From Chiloscyllium plagiosum (lineage: Eukaryota): DNA of 48,243 nt. The stretch covers positions 5,173,930 through 5,222,172 of the forward strand of contig NC_057718.1 of the NCBI RefSeq assembly GCF_004010195.1. The letters are read 5' to 3'. The notes beneath the pieces were generated by a model, which saw only the letters and a list, made by a program, of their open reading frames with translations, had not been told where the DNA came from and searched no databases. The stretch's first letter is position 1. Every line of letters starts with the position of its first letter. The translations under genes were made by a program, and so were the position numbers. Positions 36,929-47,631 of this stretch are shown here, one piece after another.

Positions 36929-37796
36929 GTAGGACTCATCTCTTGGAGGGAAGGCTCTTCCATGTCCTGGCGCAAGTTTTGAAGAGACTAAAGTGAAAAG
37001 TTCAAATTCACTGGTTCAGAAGTGGAGACGATTGAATCAATATGGTCGTGGTTAAAAATTTGAAATATAAACACACTATGACAGAGAACCATGGGTAATC
37101 CACCCTGGGACATCAAACCCCAGGTTTATTACTAAGCCCCCTTGAATGTTGAGACAAAAAAAATTACATTGGATTGTGGGTCTAGATTTCTTTCAGTTTT
37201 ATTTCGTTTGAATATCTTATGGGATTTGTGAGGTGGATTTAAATATTGTGTATAAATCTAAAGTACATAGTTATGTTACAACTATCTTTGATAGTCTATG
37301 ATACAGTGGTAATTCTGAAATTATAATTTAGAATTGATACTTACAATAAATGTTCATAAGTAACTCTTTAAAAAAAAATGACATTCTCACACTGAGCTCC
37401 TTGTGAACCCATTTTCAAATAACAACACCCTGAAATTGTAACTGCCGATGTGGTAAACTTAAACTCAGAAGTTGCTTTTGTTTTAACATATTGTACCCAG
37501 AGTTAGCTTTGCTCGTTTGAAAACTTCTGGGGAAAGGACACTTCATTGCAAAACTTGGTCTGTAGCTATGAAAGGTGACCAAATTTGTAAGCTTTCACTT
37601 TGTTGAGATTTTAAGCTGACGACAAGTTGGACTGGGGTGGTTTATCAGGAAGTGGGGGAGAGGGAGGAGAGCTGTTTACACCCATGCTGTCCAATTCTGT
37701 GGTTGTACTCCAGGTTTCTTTGGGATGTTATGTCTGGGAGTGTCCTGGGTGGCAGTGACTGGAAATGTGATTCCAGACTGTGTGGCTCTTCTACAG

Positions 37797-37932
37797 ATGC
37801 CTCAACCTGTGTCACATTGGAAACAACAGCATGAAGATTTCATCAACACCATCAGGTCAGCTAGACTCGCCACAGATGCTGTTAAAAAGGGACTTCCTCT
37901 TCCCCCTCCACCACCTGCCAGCATCAACCCAG
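37797..37932 (+). CDS. ZC2HC1B: ZC2HC1B-like exon 4
   Basis: tacag|MPQPVSHWKQQHEDFINTIRSAR...GLPLPPPPPASINP|gtaaca; ZC2HC1 (FAM164) family signature. Confidence 0.93.
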
Positions 37933-38801
37933 GTAACACCTTGCTTTTATTGAGTTGCTTTCATTGGCATTTCGGTCTGTACAATTCAACACGACAGGGT
38001 GATGTGTGGCTAGTCTCACAAAAATCCTCACCTTCACTGATCACATTCACTTCCCAAAACCTTTGCTCTTCACTCACTCAAGGGGCTAACCTCGATCTCT
38101 CCACTTGCATTTTCTGGGAATAATCTCTATCAAATAGCTTCTGGGAATCCATTAGATAATTTCCACCCTCAGTCTGCCTTTCATGGTGTGGAATTGGCCC
38201 ATAGTCTCCCGTAGTCTGTAAAAAAAAAAACAGGGAATTTCAGGCAACCTTCCAAAGAGAGATCACTGGACCCGAGGAATTAACTTTCAGTTTGTCTCTC
38301 CATAGATGCTGCCGGACCTGCTGAGTTTCTCCAGCAACTTCTGTTCCTGTAATTTGAGGTTTCAATTAGATCTCGCTGACCATTGTCTTGCCCCTCTGTC
38401 TCTCTTGGGTTTAACAGGGCGAATTAATCAGGCCGTAGCTCTAATATCTTCACTTCCACTTACAGATGGGCCAGGAAGAAGAATGGGCCATTCAGTGCCC
38501 TTGAGCCTGCTTGGTAAGATGGTGGACTGTGAGCTTAGTTTCATTTTGTCATGGAGCTGGAAGGCAATCACTGAGATAGCAGTGGGTTGATGGCTGTGCT
38601 GAGCTGGCATGAAAGAGGAGGTGATCCCCAGAGCAGATCAGCCATCAGGATGGGGTTGCAGGCTTGAGGGGCAGAATGGACTAGTCATGCTCCCTTTTAT
38701 GATGTTGCAAGGCAATGATAGCATTGCGGTCCTAAGTGTAACACTATGGCCGCGTCACGATGAGGCCTGTCCAGGGAATGATTGTGTGTGTCTAATTCCA
38801 G

Positions 38802-39118
38802 ATTACATCGAGTGTCCGTACTGTAACAGGCGTTTCAACGAAACAGCTGCCGAGCGACACATCAGCTTCTGCAAGACCAACGTCAACCGCAAAGTTGTGG
38901 CCAGGCACGACCCGACGCCGTCCTCCTTCCATCCTCGAGCTCCCCCTCCCCCAGCACAAGTGCAGCTGGCCTCAAAGCAGCCTACAAGCCCAATGCGGGC
39001 TCCAGCTGTACCAGCCACCTCATACCAGGCACCGCGAGGGCCTCCAGTTCAACCAGTACCTCCAATACGGACAGCACAGGCTGTACATTCACGCCCCACA
39101 ACACTTTCATCACCTTCG
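38802..39118 (+). CDS. ZC2HC1B: ZC2HC1B-like exon 5
   Basis: tccag|DYIECPYCNRRFNETAAERHISFCK (finger 2), then a Pro-rich stretch, ending TCG|gtaagg. Confidence 0.85.
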
Positions 39119-39227
39119 GTAAGGACATCCATCCAGACAGACACTTGGTCTAATACTGGCCACTCCTTGGCCTCTCCAATTTTCTGTTTTTTCATTTTTA
39201 GCTAATAATCTCTATCTCAACCCAGCC

Positions 39228-40200
39228 TAGTACGGTCCATTATGATCATTCCACCTGGTATGGTCACTGTGTCCAATACAGTCACTCTGTCTAAAACGGT
39301 CACTCCACACGATATGATCACTCTGTCCAGTATGGTCACTCTAACCAGTGTGGGTACTCTGTCCAATAAGGTTACTCTGTCCAATACAGTCACTCCACGC
39401 AGCGCAGTAATTCCATCCAAAATGGTCACTCCACCCAATATGGTCACTCTGTCCAATATGGTCGCTCGATTTGGTATGGTCCCTCTGTCCAAAATGGTCA
39501 TTCTGTTTGGTATTGTCACTCCACACGGTATGGTCATCTGTCCAATAACAGTCACTCCACTCAGTACGGTCACTCTGTTCAGTATGATCACTCTGTCTGA
39601 TACAGTTATTTCATCCAGTATTGTCACTCTGCCCAGTACAGTCACTCCCTCCATATGGTCACTCTACCTGGTATGGCCATTCTGCCCGAAATAGTCATCT
39701 ACCCAGTATGGTCACTCTCTCTGGTATGGTCACACTGTCTGGTTCTGTGATTCTGTCCAGTGCAGTCACTCTGTCCTGATTGTCTCCTGGGGGGGCTCAT
39801 TCATTGCTGAAAATGTGTTGCTGGAAAAGCGCAGCAGGTCAGGCAGCATCCAGGGAAGAGGAGAATCGACGTTTCGGGCATAAGCCCTTCTTCAGGAAGG
39901 GCTTATGCCCGAAACGTCGATTCTCCTGTTCCCTGGATGCTGCCTGACCTGCTGCGCTTTTCCAGCAACACATTTTCAGCTCTGATCTCCAGCATCTGCA
40001 GACCTCACTTTCTCCTCAAAGGGGTCATTCATTGTCATTCTGTTGGTATGGTTACTCCATCTGTACAGTCACTTTGTCCGACGTGGTCACTGTCCAGAAT
40101 GGTCACTCTGTCTGGTACAATCATTCTCTCCAGTACAGTCATTTTGCCCGCTACACTCTGCCCGCTATGGTCACTCTGTCCAGTACAGTCAGTTACAGTC
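39228..40200. repeat. Degenerate 18-bp minisatellite (TATGGTCACTCTGTCCAG), interrupted at ~39780-40035
   Basis: GTCACTC recurs with an 18-bp period, producing hexapeptide-repeat ORFs on both strands. Confidence 0.9.
39807..40020. mobile_element. Palindromic PLE-derived element with an intact minimal hammerhead core
   Basis: ~85-bp near-perfect arms around TTCAG (39891-39895). Minus strand 39868-39895 reads CTGAAGA-A-GGGC-TTAT-GCCC-GAAA-C-GTC. Flanks GGGG(C)TCATTCATTG at 39792-39806 and 40021-40034. Confidence 0.85.
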
Positions 40201-40420
40201 CTTCAGGACTCTGTTCTGAACTTTCTAGAGTGGGCTTTCTTGAAGCCAGCACCTCCAGGCTCAAAGGTGAGAAAGTGTTCGAAAAATATTCTGAAGAACA
40301 GCTGAACGTTGGTTCACTAACATAAACCGTCAGAACTGATTGTATTGATGCAGTCAATGTTTGTAATTGCAGAATTTCTTACTGATTTCTTTTTGCCTTC
40401 CCCTTGTCCCTGAATCAAAG

Positions 40421-40487
40421 GCAGCAGGTTCTCCATCAAGGGGCAAGCTGTCTTCAGCTGCCCAGGCTGTCATGGGAGTCAGAGCAG
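40421..40487 (+). CDS. ZC2HC1B: ZC2HC1B-like exon 6 (putative)
   Basis: Strong polypyrimidine tract, aag|AAGSPSRGKLSSAAQAVMGVRA-G|gtaagg; phase 0 to 1 fits the neighbours. Confidence 0.6.
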
Positions 40488-40714
40488 GTAAGGGCTATGT
40501 GTACTGCTAGAGTAATGTCAGGCAGCAACTCAGAACTCAGAAAAGTAGAAATATTGAACAGACTGAGGAGCTTTCCTTTCAAAAACAGAAAGCTGAGGGG
40601 GTGGAATGATTGAGCTCTGTCAAAGAGTTGATGATGTTTCAGTCATTAAGGCCAAGACTGAAATTGATAAATTTTGAGATATTTTCATTTTTTAAAACTG
40701 ATTTCTCATTGCAC

Positions 40715-42865
40715 ATGGGCATCGTTGACTGAGCCAGTCAACGTTTATTGCCCATCCATCCCCAGTTGTCCCTTGAGAAGGTGGTAGTGAGCTGCCTTCT
40801 TGAACTGCTGCAGTCCATGTGCTGTAGGTTGACCCCAATGCCCTTAGAGAGGGAATTCCAGGATTTACGACAATGAAAGAATAGCAACATATTTCCAATC
40901 AGGATGGTGAGTGTCTTGGAGGGAAACTTGCAAGGGGTGGTGTTCCTATACATCTGCTGGCCTTGTCCTTCTCAATAGAAATTGTCATGGGTTTGGAAGA
41001 TGCTGTCTGAGGATCTTTGGCGAATTTCTGCATTGCATTTTGCAGTAGTACACACTGCTGCTACTGAGCATCAGGAGTGGAGAGGGCGGATGTTTGTGGA
41101 TGTGGTGCCAATCAAGGGGCTGCCTTGTTCTGGATGGTGTCAAGCTTCTTGAATGTTGTTGGAGCTGCACCCATCCAGGCAAGTGGGGAATACTCCATCA
41201 CACTCCTGACTTGTGCCTTGTGGATAGTGGACAGGCTTTGGGGAGTCAGGAAGTGAGTTAATCGTTGCAGTATTCACAGACTCTTGACTTGATCTTGTAG
41301 CCACTGTGTTTGTGTGACAAGACGAGTTCAGATTCTAGTCAATGGTAACCCCCCTTCAACAGGATGTTGACAGTGGGAAATTCCGTGATGGTAAAACTAT
41401 TGAATATCAAAGGGTGATGGTTAGGTTGTCTTTTAATGGAGATAGTGATTGCCTGGTACTTGTGTGGTGTGAATGTTACTTGTCACTTCTCAGCCCAAGT
41501 CTGGGCATTATCCCGATATTGTTGAATTTGAACCTGGGCTGCTTCAGTTGTGATGATGTTGCTCTTTAACAAGGTTACATTGTCCTTGGTATTTTTTTCA
41601 GAGGGGTCGTAAACATAGAGACTCCAGGGTGTCTGGTTTTCATGGGTTTTAGGGCCAATTTGATGATAGCCTACAGATACTGCCTCAGGAGAAAGGCTTT
41701 CTAGTAAAAAAAACACTGTACGATGAAAGGGGAGTGGTCAGTTCTGCCAGCCCAGTTTGTTCTGGTTTGGTTTGAGCTGTCTGGCTGAACAGGGCAAGTA
41801 GTCAATTTAAGGCTGCTGGTCAAAGAAATAGCTACATGGAAGAAGGCGTTCCATGCTGAATCTCCTTGCCATCTCTCTCTCTGTCTCTCTGTCCTGTCAG
41901 GCCCCGTATTTGATTTTACCTTTTGTGCCAAGGGGAGTTTATGGGGATTGTTACAAGTAGTTGGAACAGCATCATTTAAATTGGGGTAATCTGTTGCATT
42001 TTCGTATAGGTTGTTATTTTGCATTTTGTTCTGTCTTTTCTGTGTTGCATTCAGTCATCTTGCAAATAAATTCTATTTTGTTTTAAAACTAAGTGTTGGG
42101 CCAGCTGCATCACTCCTAGAATATCCACTTTATATTTGCTTAAAACAGCTAGCAATGTTAGAGTCCTGGCTACTTTCTTGAAATATTTTGAGGAGGTCTG
42201 GCCTGGTCCATAACACAGTATCTGAGGAGTCACGAACGGTGCTGAGCATTGTGCAATCACCAGTGAACATCCCCACTGCACACCTTATGATGGAGGGAAG
42301 GTCATTGATGAAGCAGCTAAAGACAGTGAGCCTGGGATACTACCCTGAGGTACTCCTGATACCCATTGATTCCAGTTTTGCCGGGGCTCCTTGATGCCAC
42401 ACTCGGTCAAATGCAGCCTTGATGTCAAGGACTGTCACTCTTCCCTCCTCTTGGGAATTCAGCTCTTTTCCAGGTTTGAACCAAGGCTGTATTGGGGACA
42501 GGAGCTGAGTGACCCTGTCAGAACCCAAACTGGGTGTCACTGAGGAGGTTATTGCTGAGTAAGTGTTGCTTGGTAGCACTATTACTGACACTTTCCATCA
42601 CTTCACTCATGATTGACAGTAGACTGATGGGGCAGTAATTGACTGGGTTGTATTTGTCCTATTTATTCTGGCAAGTTTTGGAGCACAGGCCTTCAGTACT
42701 ATTGCTGGAATGGTGTCAGGGCCCATAGATTCTCTGTTATCCAGTGTCTCCAACTGTTTCTAGATAGCACGTGGAATGAGTCAAATTAGTTGGGGACCAC
42801 TGGAGGAAGGCAAGATGGATCATCCACTTGGCAGTTCTAGTTGAAGATTGCTGCAAATGCTGATA
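40715..42865 (-). mobile_element. Decayed CR1-group LINE (minus strand) hosting a solo LTR
   Basis: ORF 42340-42591(-) VTVLDIKAAFDRVWHQG. A related plus-strand copy lies at ~23600-24430. Confidence 0.7.
41549..42215 (+). mobile_element. Solo LTR (667 bp)
   Basis: TGTGATG...CATAACA ends (6/7 inverted match), 4-bp TSD CAGT (41545-41548, 42216-42219), AATAAA at 42065-42070. Confidence 0.75.
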
Positions 42866-43854
42866 TGCTAAATATGAAAGATCTCCAAGGATGTAGGGAA
42901 ATGGAGTTGAGGAAGAAGATCAGTCATAATCTCACTGAATGGTAGAGCTGACTCAATGGGCTGAATTGGCCTGTCCCTCTGCGTATTTTCCACGTTCCTC
43001 GGTAAGAGATACATGGATAACGGATTTTGCAGTTGTGGAGTTGTGAAGGTGGTCAATACAATGGAGATGGAAATGGCGTGCTTGGTCACAGAATAGAATT
43101 CTGCAGAACTGTTTTCCCAGAACATGGTCAGAGGGTGGAACCCGTCAGCACTGGGAGTAGAAACACAGAGAAAAGGGGCAGGAGTAGGCCATTCGGCCCT
43201 CTGAGCTTGTTCCATCATTCATTGTGACTGTTCATCCAACTCAGAAACCAGTTCCCACTTTCCCCCTGTGCCCTTTGATGCCTTTAGACCTAAGAACATC
43301 AAACTAAGAATTATAGCTAACTCCTTCTTAAAAACATTCAATGTTTTGGCGTCAACTGCTCTCTGTGGCAGAGATTTCCAGAGGCTCATCACTACCTGGG
43401 TGAAGACATTTCTCCTCATTTCAGTCCTAAATGGCCTACCCTGTATCTTTAGACTGTGGCCTCTGGTTCTGACTCGTCAGTCATCAGCAACATCCTTCCT
43501 GCATTTACCCTGTCTAGTCCTGTTAGAATTTTACAGGATTGTATGAGATTCCCCTCATTCTTCAAAACTCCAGTGAATACAGTCCTAACCAATCCACTCT
43601 CTTATTGTACTTCAGTCCCAGGTATTAGGACAATGGTATGGCTGTGTTCCAGGGTAAACTAGAATAAACACATGAAGGAGAAAAGAATAGCTGGAGTTGG
43701 TTGAGGCAAGATCATGTGGGAGGATGTTAGCCTGGATTTTGTGTCTGTTGGATTGAATAGCCTGTTTCTCTATTCCGAGTTTGTAATTCTTTGACTTTAA
43801 TGGTAAATGTATTTTTTATATTTAACATTTTATTGTATATTTTGCAAATTGTAG

Positions 43855-43936
43855 ATTACAATGATCCATCCACCAGTCGGCCATCAGCCAACATGAGAGG
43901 ACCACCTGATGCAAGAGGACCACCTACTACACAGCA
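43855..43936 (+). CDS. ZC2HC1B: ZC2HC1B-like exon 7 (putative)
   Basis: tgtag|DYNDPSTSRPSANMRGPPDARGPPTTQ-CA|gtgagt; phase 1 to 2. Confidence 0.55.
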
Positions 43937-44138
43937 GTGAGTACGTGCAATGGACCCATCCACTAAGTGTTCCCCTCAGAGAAGGATATCTGCCAATCCC
44001 TGGGTTGTTACATCCAGTAGACTGAGAAGTGGAGAGACATTAAGATGTAGGAGCAGAGTAGGCCATTCAGCCCATTGAGACTGTTCCATAATTCAAAATC
44101 ATAGCTGATCTACTGATAGCCAAGAAGGTTACCTCAGA

Positions 44139-44476
44139 TGTTCAAAGTCTGTGCGAAGATTTGTAGCTCGGGTGCTCGTTGTTGTGGTTCTGTTCGCCGA
44201 GCTGTGTTGCAGACGTTTCGTCTCCTGTCTAGGTGACATCCTCAGCGCTTGGGAGCCTCCTGTGAAGCGCTTCTGTGATCTTTCCTCCGGCATTTGTAGT
44301 GGTTTGAATCTGCCGCTTCCGGTTGTCAGTTCCAGCTGTCGGTTGCAGTGGTCGGTATATTGGGTCCAGATCGATGTGCTTATTGATTGAATCTGTGGAT
44401 GAGTGCCATGCCTCTAGGAATTCCCTGGCTGTTCTCTGTTGACACAAATTCCCAGCTCGGCGAACAGAACCACAAC
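44139..44476 (-). mobile_element. Penelope (Poseidon-like) 3' fragment with hammerhead and inverted terminal copy
   Basis: ORF 44229-44447(-) AREFLEAWHS..SINKHIDLDPIY resembles a PLE GIY-YIG C-terminus. 44179-44204 is inverted at 44453-44478. TSD AAGGTTAC(C/T)TCAGA at 44125-44138 and 44477-44490. Confidence 0.8.
44209..44248 (-). ncRNA. Minimal type I hammerhead ribozyme motif
   Basis: GCG-CTGAGGA-T-GTCACC-TAGACA-GGAGAC-GAAA-C-GTC-TGC. The catalytic core is complete, stem II has one mismatch, stem I is 3 bp, and stem III is the palindromic ACGT. Confidence 0.7.
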
Positions 44477-45341
44477 AAGGTTACTTCAGAGTATAACGGG
44501 ACCTTGATCAGATGGGCCAGTGGGCTGGAGATTGGCAGGTGGAGTTTAATTCAGATAAATGTGAGGTGTTGTGCTTTGGAAAGACAAGTCAGGGCAATAC
44601 TTATATACTAAATATTAAGGTCCTGGGGAGTGTTGCTGGACAAAGAACTTGTAGTGCAGGTTCATAGTTCCTTGAAAGCGCAATTGCAAGTAGATAGGAT
44701 AGTGAAGAAGGCGTTTGGTATACTTGCCTTTATTGGTCAGTGCATTGAGTACAGGAGTTGGGAGGTCATGTGGCTGTACAAGACATTGGTTAGGCCAGTG
44801 TTGGAATACTGCATTCAATTCTGGTCTCCCAGCTATAAGAAAGATGCTGTTAAACTTGAGATGGTGCAGAAAATATTTACAAGGATGTTGCCAGAGTTGG
44901 AGGGCTTGAGCTATGAGGGAGACATTGAATAGGCTGGGGCTATTTTCCCTGGAGCATTGGAGGCTGAGGGGTGACCTTATAGAGGTTTATAACATCATGA
45001 GGGGCGTGGATAGGATAAATAGACAAAGTATTTTGTCAGGGTAGGGGAGTCCAAAACTAGAGAGCAGAGGCTTAAGGTGAGAGAGAATAGATTTAAAAGG
45101 AACGTAAGGGGCAACTTTTTCATGCAGAGGGTAGTGCATGTTTGGAATGAGCTGCCAGAGGAAGTGGTGGTACAATTATGATATCTAAAAGGCATCTGGG
45201 TGGATATATGAATAGGAAGGGTTTGAAGGATATGGGGCGAAATACTGGCAAATGGGACTAGATTAGGTTGGGATATCTGGTCGGCATGGACAAGTTGAAC
45301 CGAAGAGTCCGTTTCCATGCTACACGTCTCTATGACTCTAT
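44477..45341 (+). mobile_element. CR1 (HER1-like) 3' portion
   Basis: ORF AFIGQCIEYRSWEVMWLYKTLVRPVLEYCIQFWSP; CTCTATGACTCTAT tail. Confidence 0.9.
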
Positions 45342-45576
45342 CAGATAATACTTAACTCAACTCTCCTCCCTTTTCCTCATAATCCTTACTTCCCTTATTT
45401 CTTAAAAATCTATCTCAGCCTTGAATATATGCATTGACCCAACATCAACAGCCCGTGTAAAGAATTCCATAGATTCACTACCCTCTGACAGAAGAGCTTC
45501 CTTCTCATTTATCTTCAATGTGTGACCCCACTATTTAATGGTGGTGTGGTGATAATGCCAGTAATTTCACTGAACT

Positions 45577-45692
45577 AAAAATCACACAACACCAGGTTAT
45601 AGTCCAACAGGTTTATTTGGAAGCTTTCAGAGCGCTGCTCTTTCATCAGGTGGTTGTGAAGCAGGAAACATCTAACACTGGCTCCTCCACAT
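45577..45692 (-). mobile_element. Short PLE-terminus insertion (same family as 19717-20062) with hammerhead core
   Basis: Minus strand 45621-45649 reads CTGATGA-A-AGAGC-AGC-GCTCT-GAAA-GCTT. TTCACTGAA(C/T)TA on both flanks. Confidence 0.65.
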
Positions 45693-46391
45693 ATTCACTG
45701 AATTAGTCATTCAGTGGGCTAGCCCAGTGTTCTGGCAAAATGGGTTGAAATCCCAAATGGTGCAATGTAAATTCAACTCGTAAACTCTGGAGCTGAAAGC
45801 TACGCTCTGTGATAGTGACCATAACATTGTTGTTAAAAACCCATCTGGTTCACCAGTGCCCTTTAGGGAGGAGAATGAGTTGACTGGGCTTGGCCCAAAT
45901 GACAGTCCAGACCAACAGCAATGTGGCTGACTCTTCACAGCCAATGGCTGAACAAGGCACATTCTTGTCACTCATTGGTTTTGTAAGGTTTTTCTGAACT
46001 GCATGTGGGACTCTGTGGTGCCTCTTGTGTAACAATCATCTGAAGCTACACTCTTCCCCAGAATAGGGAACCTCCTTAAGACCATCCATTGGCTATGCGT
46101 TTTCAAAAGGAACACTCCTCTGTGACTCTTCATAAAACAGCACATTCCGGGATCTGTATCATTTCATATCCTCACCAGCGGATTCTTTCACTTTATACCG
46201 GCCTGCAATCCTCCTTTGGAAGCAGGGACAGGAAGGCAGATTCCTACCTGAATTGTGGAACTCGCCACCAAAGGGGATGGGTGGGATAAATAGCATTGAT
46301 GGACCCAAGAGGAAGCTCCATAAACCAAGGAGGCAGAGACACGCGTTAGTCTGAGCAGCAACCAGCAGCAACAGAGCGAAGGAGAATGAAG

Positions 46392-47158
46392 CTGGGGGTG
46401 AACAGCAGGGTAAATACCTGGGGGGTGGGGTCAGTAAGTGACCCTGGGTGTGAACAGCAGGGTAAATACCTGAGGAGTGGGGTCAGTCAGAGTGACCCTG
46501 GGGGTGAACAGCAGGGTAAATACCTGAGGAGCGGGGTCAGTCAGAGTGACCCTGGGGGTGAACAGCAGGGTAAATACCTGAGGAGTGGGGTCAGTCAGAG
46601 TGACCCTGGGGGTGAACAGCAGGATAAATACCTGAGGAGTGGAGTCAGTCAGAGTGGCCCTGGGTGTGAACAGTAGGGTAAATACCTGAGGGGTGGGGTC
46701 AGTGAGAGTGACCCTTGGGCGTGAACAGCAGGGTAAATACCTGGGGGGAGGGGGTCAGTCAGAATGACCCTGGGGGTGAACAGCAGGATAATGCCTGAGG
46801 AGTGGAGTCAGTCAGAGTGACCCTTGGGGGTGAACAGCAGGCTAAATACCTGAGGAGTGGGGTCAGTTAGAGTGACCCTTGGGCGTGAACAGCAGGGTAA
46901 ATACCTGAGGGGGGGGGTCAGTCAGAGTGACCCTGCGGGTGGACAGCAGGATAAATACCTGAGGAGTGGGGTCAGTCGGAGTGACCCTGCGGGTGGACAG
47001 CAGGATAAATGCCTGAGGAGTGGGGTCAGTCAGAGTGACCCTTGGGGGTGAACAGCAGGGTAAATACCTGAGGGGGGGGGTCAGTCAGAGTGACCCTGGG
47101 GGTGAACAGCAGGGTAAATACCTGAGGGGGGGGTCAGTCAGAGTGACCCTGGGGGTGA
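46392..47158. repeat. ~54-bp minisatellite, 14 copies
   Basis: Unit GGGGGTGAACAGCAGGGTAAATACCTGAGGAGTGGGGTCAGTCAGAGTGACCCT. Confidence 0.95.
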
Positions 47159-47609
47159 CCAGTGGCTGCTCATTATTCCTCATGATCACCTTCTTGCCCT
47201 TTCCCAGTATCGCTAGACCCTTTACTGATCAAACACATTTCTAACTCAACCTTAAATATCCACAAGGATTGTGCCCTCACAGCTCGCTGTGGCAAGGAAC
47301 TCCAAAGACTCACAACCCTCTGAGAGAAGAAATTCTTCCTCATCTCAGTCGTAAATTGGCGTCCCCTTAATCTGAGGCTAATACCTCTGCTCCCTTGAGG
47401 GGAAACATCCACTCAGCATTAACCCTGGCAAGCTCCTTAAAAATTCTGCATGTTTCAATGAGATCACCTCTTGTTCTTCTCAGATGCAATGAGTAAAGTC
47501 CCATCTCAGCCAATTTGGATCAGCTTGGCCTCATTAGAATATCAAACGGTGATAAGACAAAGTCCTGGTCAGAGGCCACTCTGTCTCTTTCTCTAATTTA
47601 TTTTTGCAG

Positions 47610-47631
47610 GTCTCGACACGCTCGGAGATAA
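47610..47631 (+). CDS. ZC2HC1B: ZC2HC1B-like last coding exon (putative)
   Basis: Strong acceptor tttttgcag|G TCT CGA CAC GCT CGG AGA TAA; phase 2 fits. ATTAAA at 47940-47945 is followed by GT-rich sequence. Summed CDS is 819 nt. Confidence 0.55.

Noticed and set aside
39217..39694. Hexapeptide-repeat (left-handed beta-helix-like) protein gene
   Set aside because: Explained by the 18-bp minisatellite. No convincing splice or promoter context, and the frame breaks in the distal units.
40207..40266. Extra ZC2HC1B-like exon (DSVLNFLEWAFLKPAPPGSK|gtgaga)
   Set aside because: Phase-compatible, but the acceptor is weak and abuts the minisatellite, and the model closes without it. Needs RNA-seq.
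46392..47158. CRISPR-like array (regular repeats with an internal palindrome)
   Set aside because: Units are head-to-tail with no unique spacers, there are no cas genes, and the context is a vertebrate intron.
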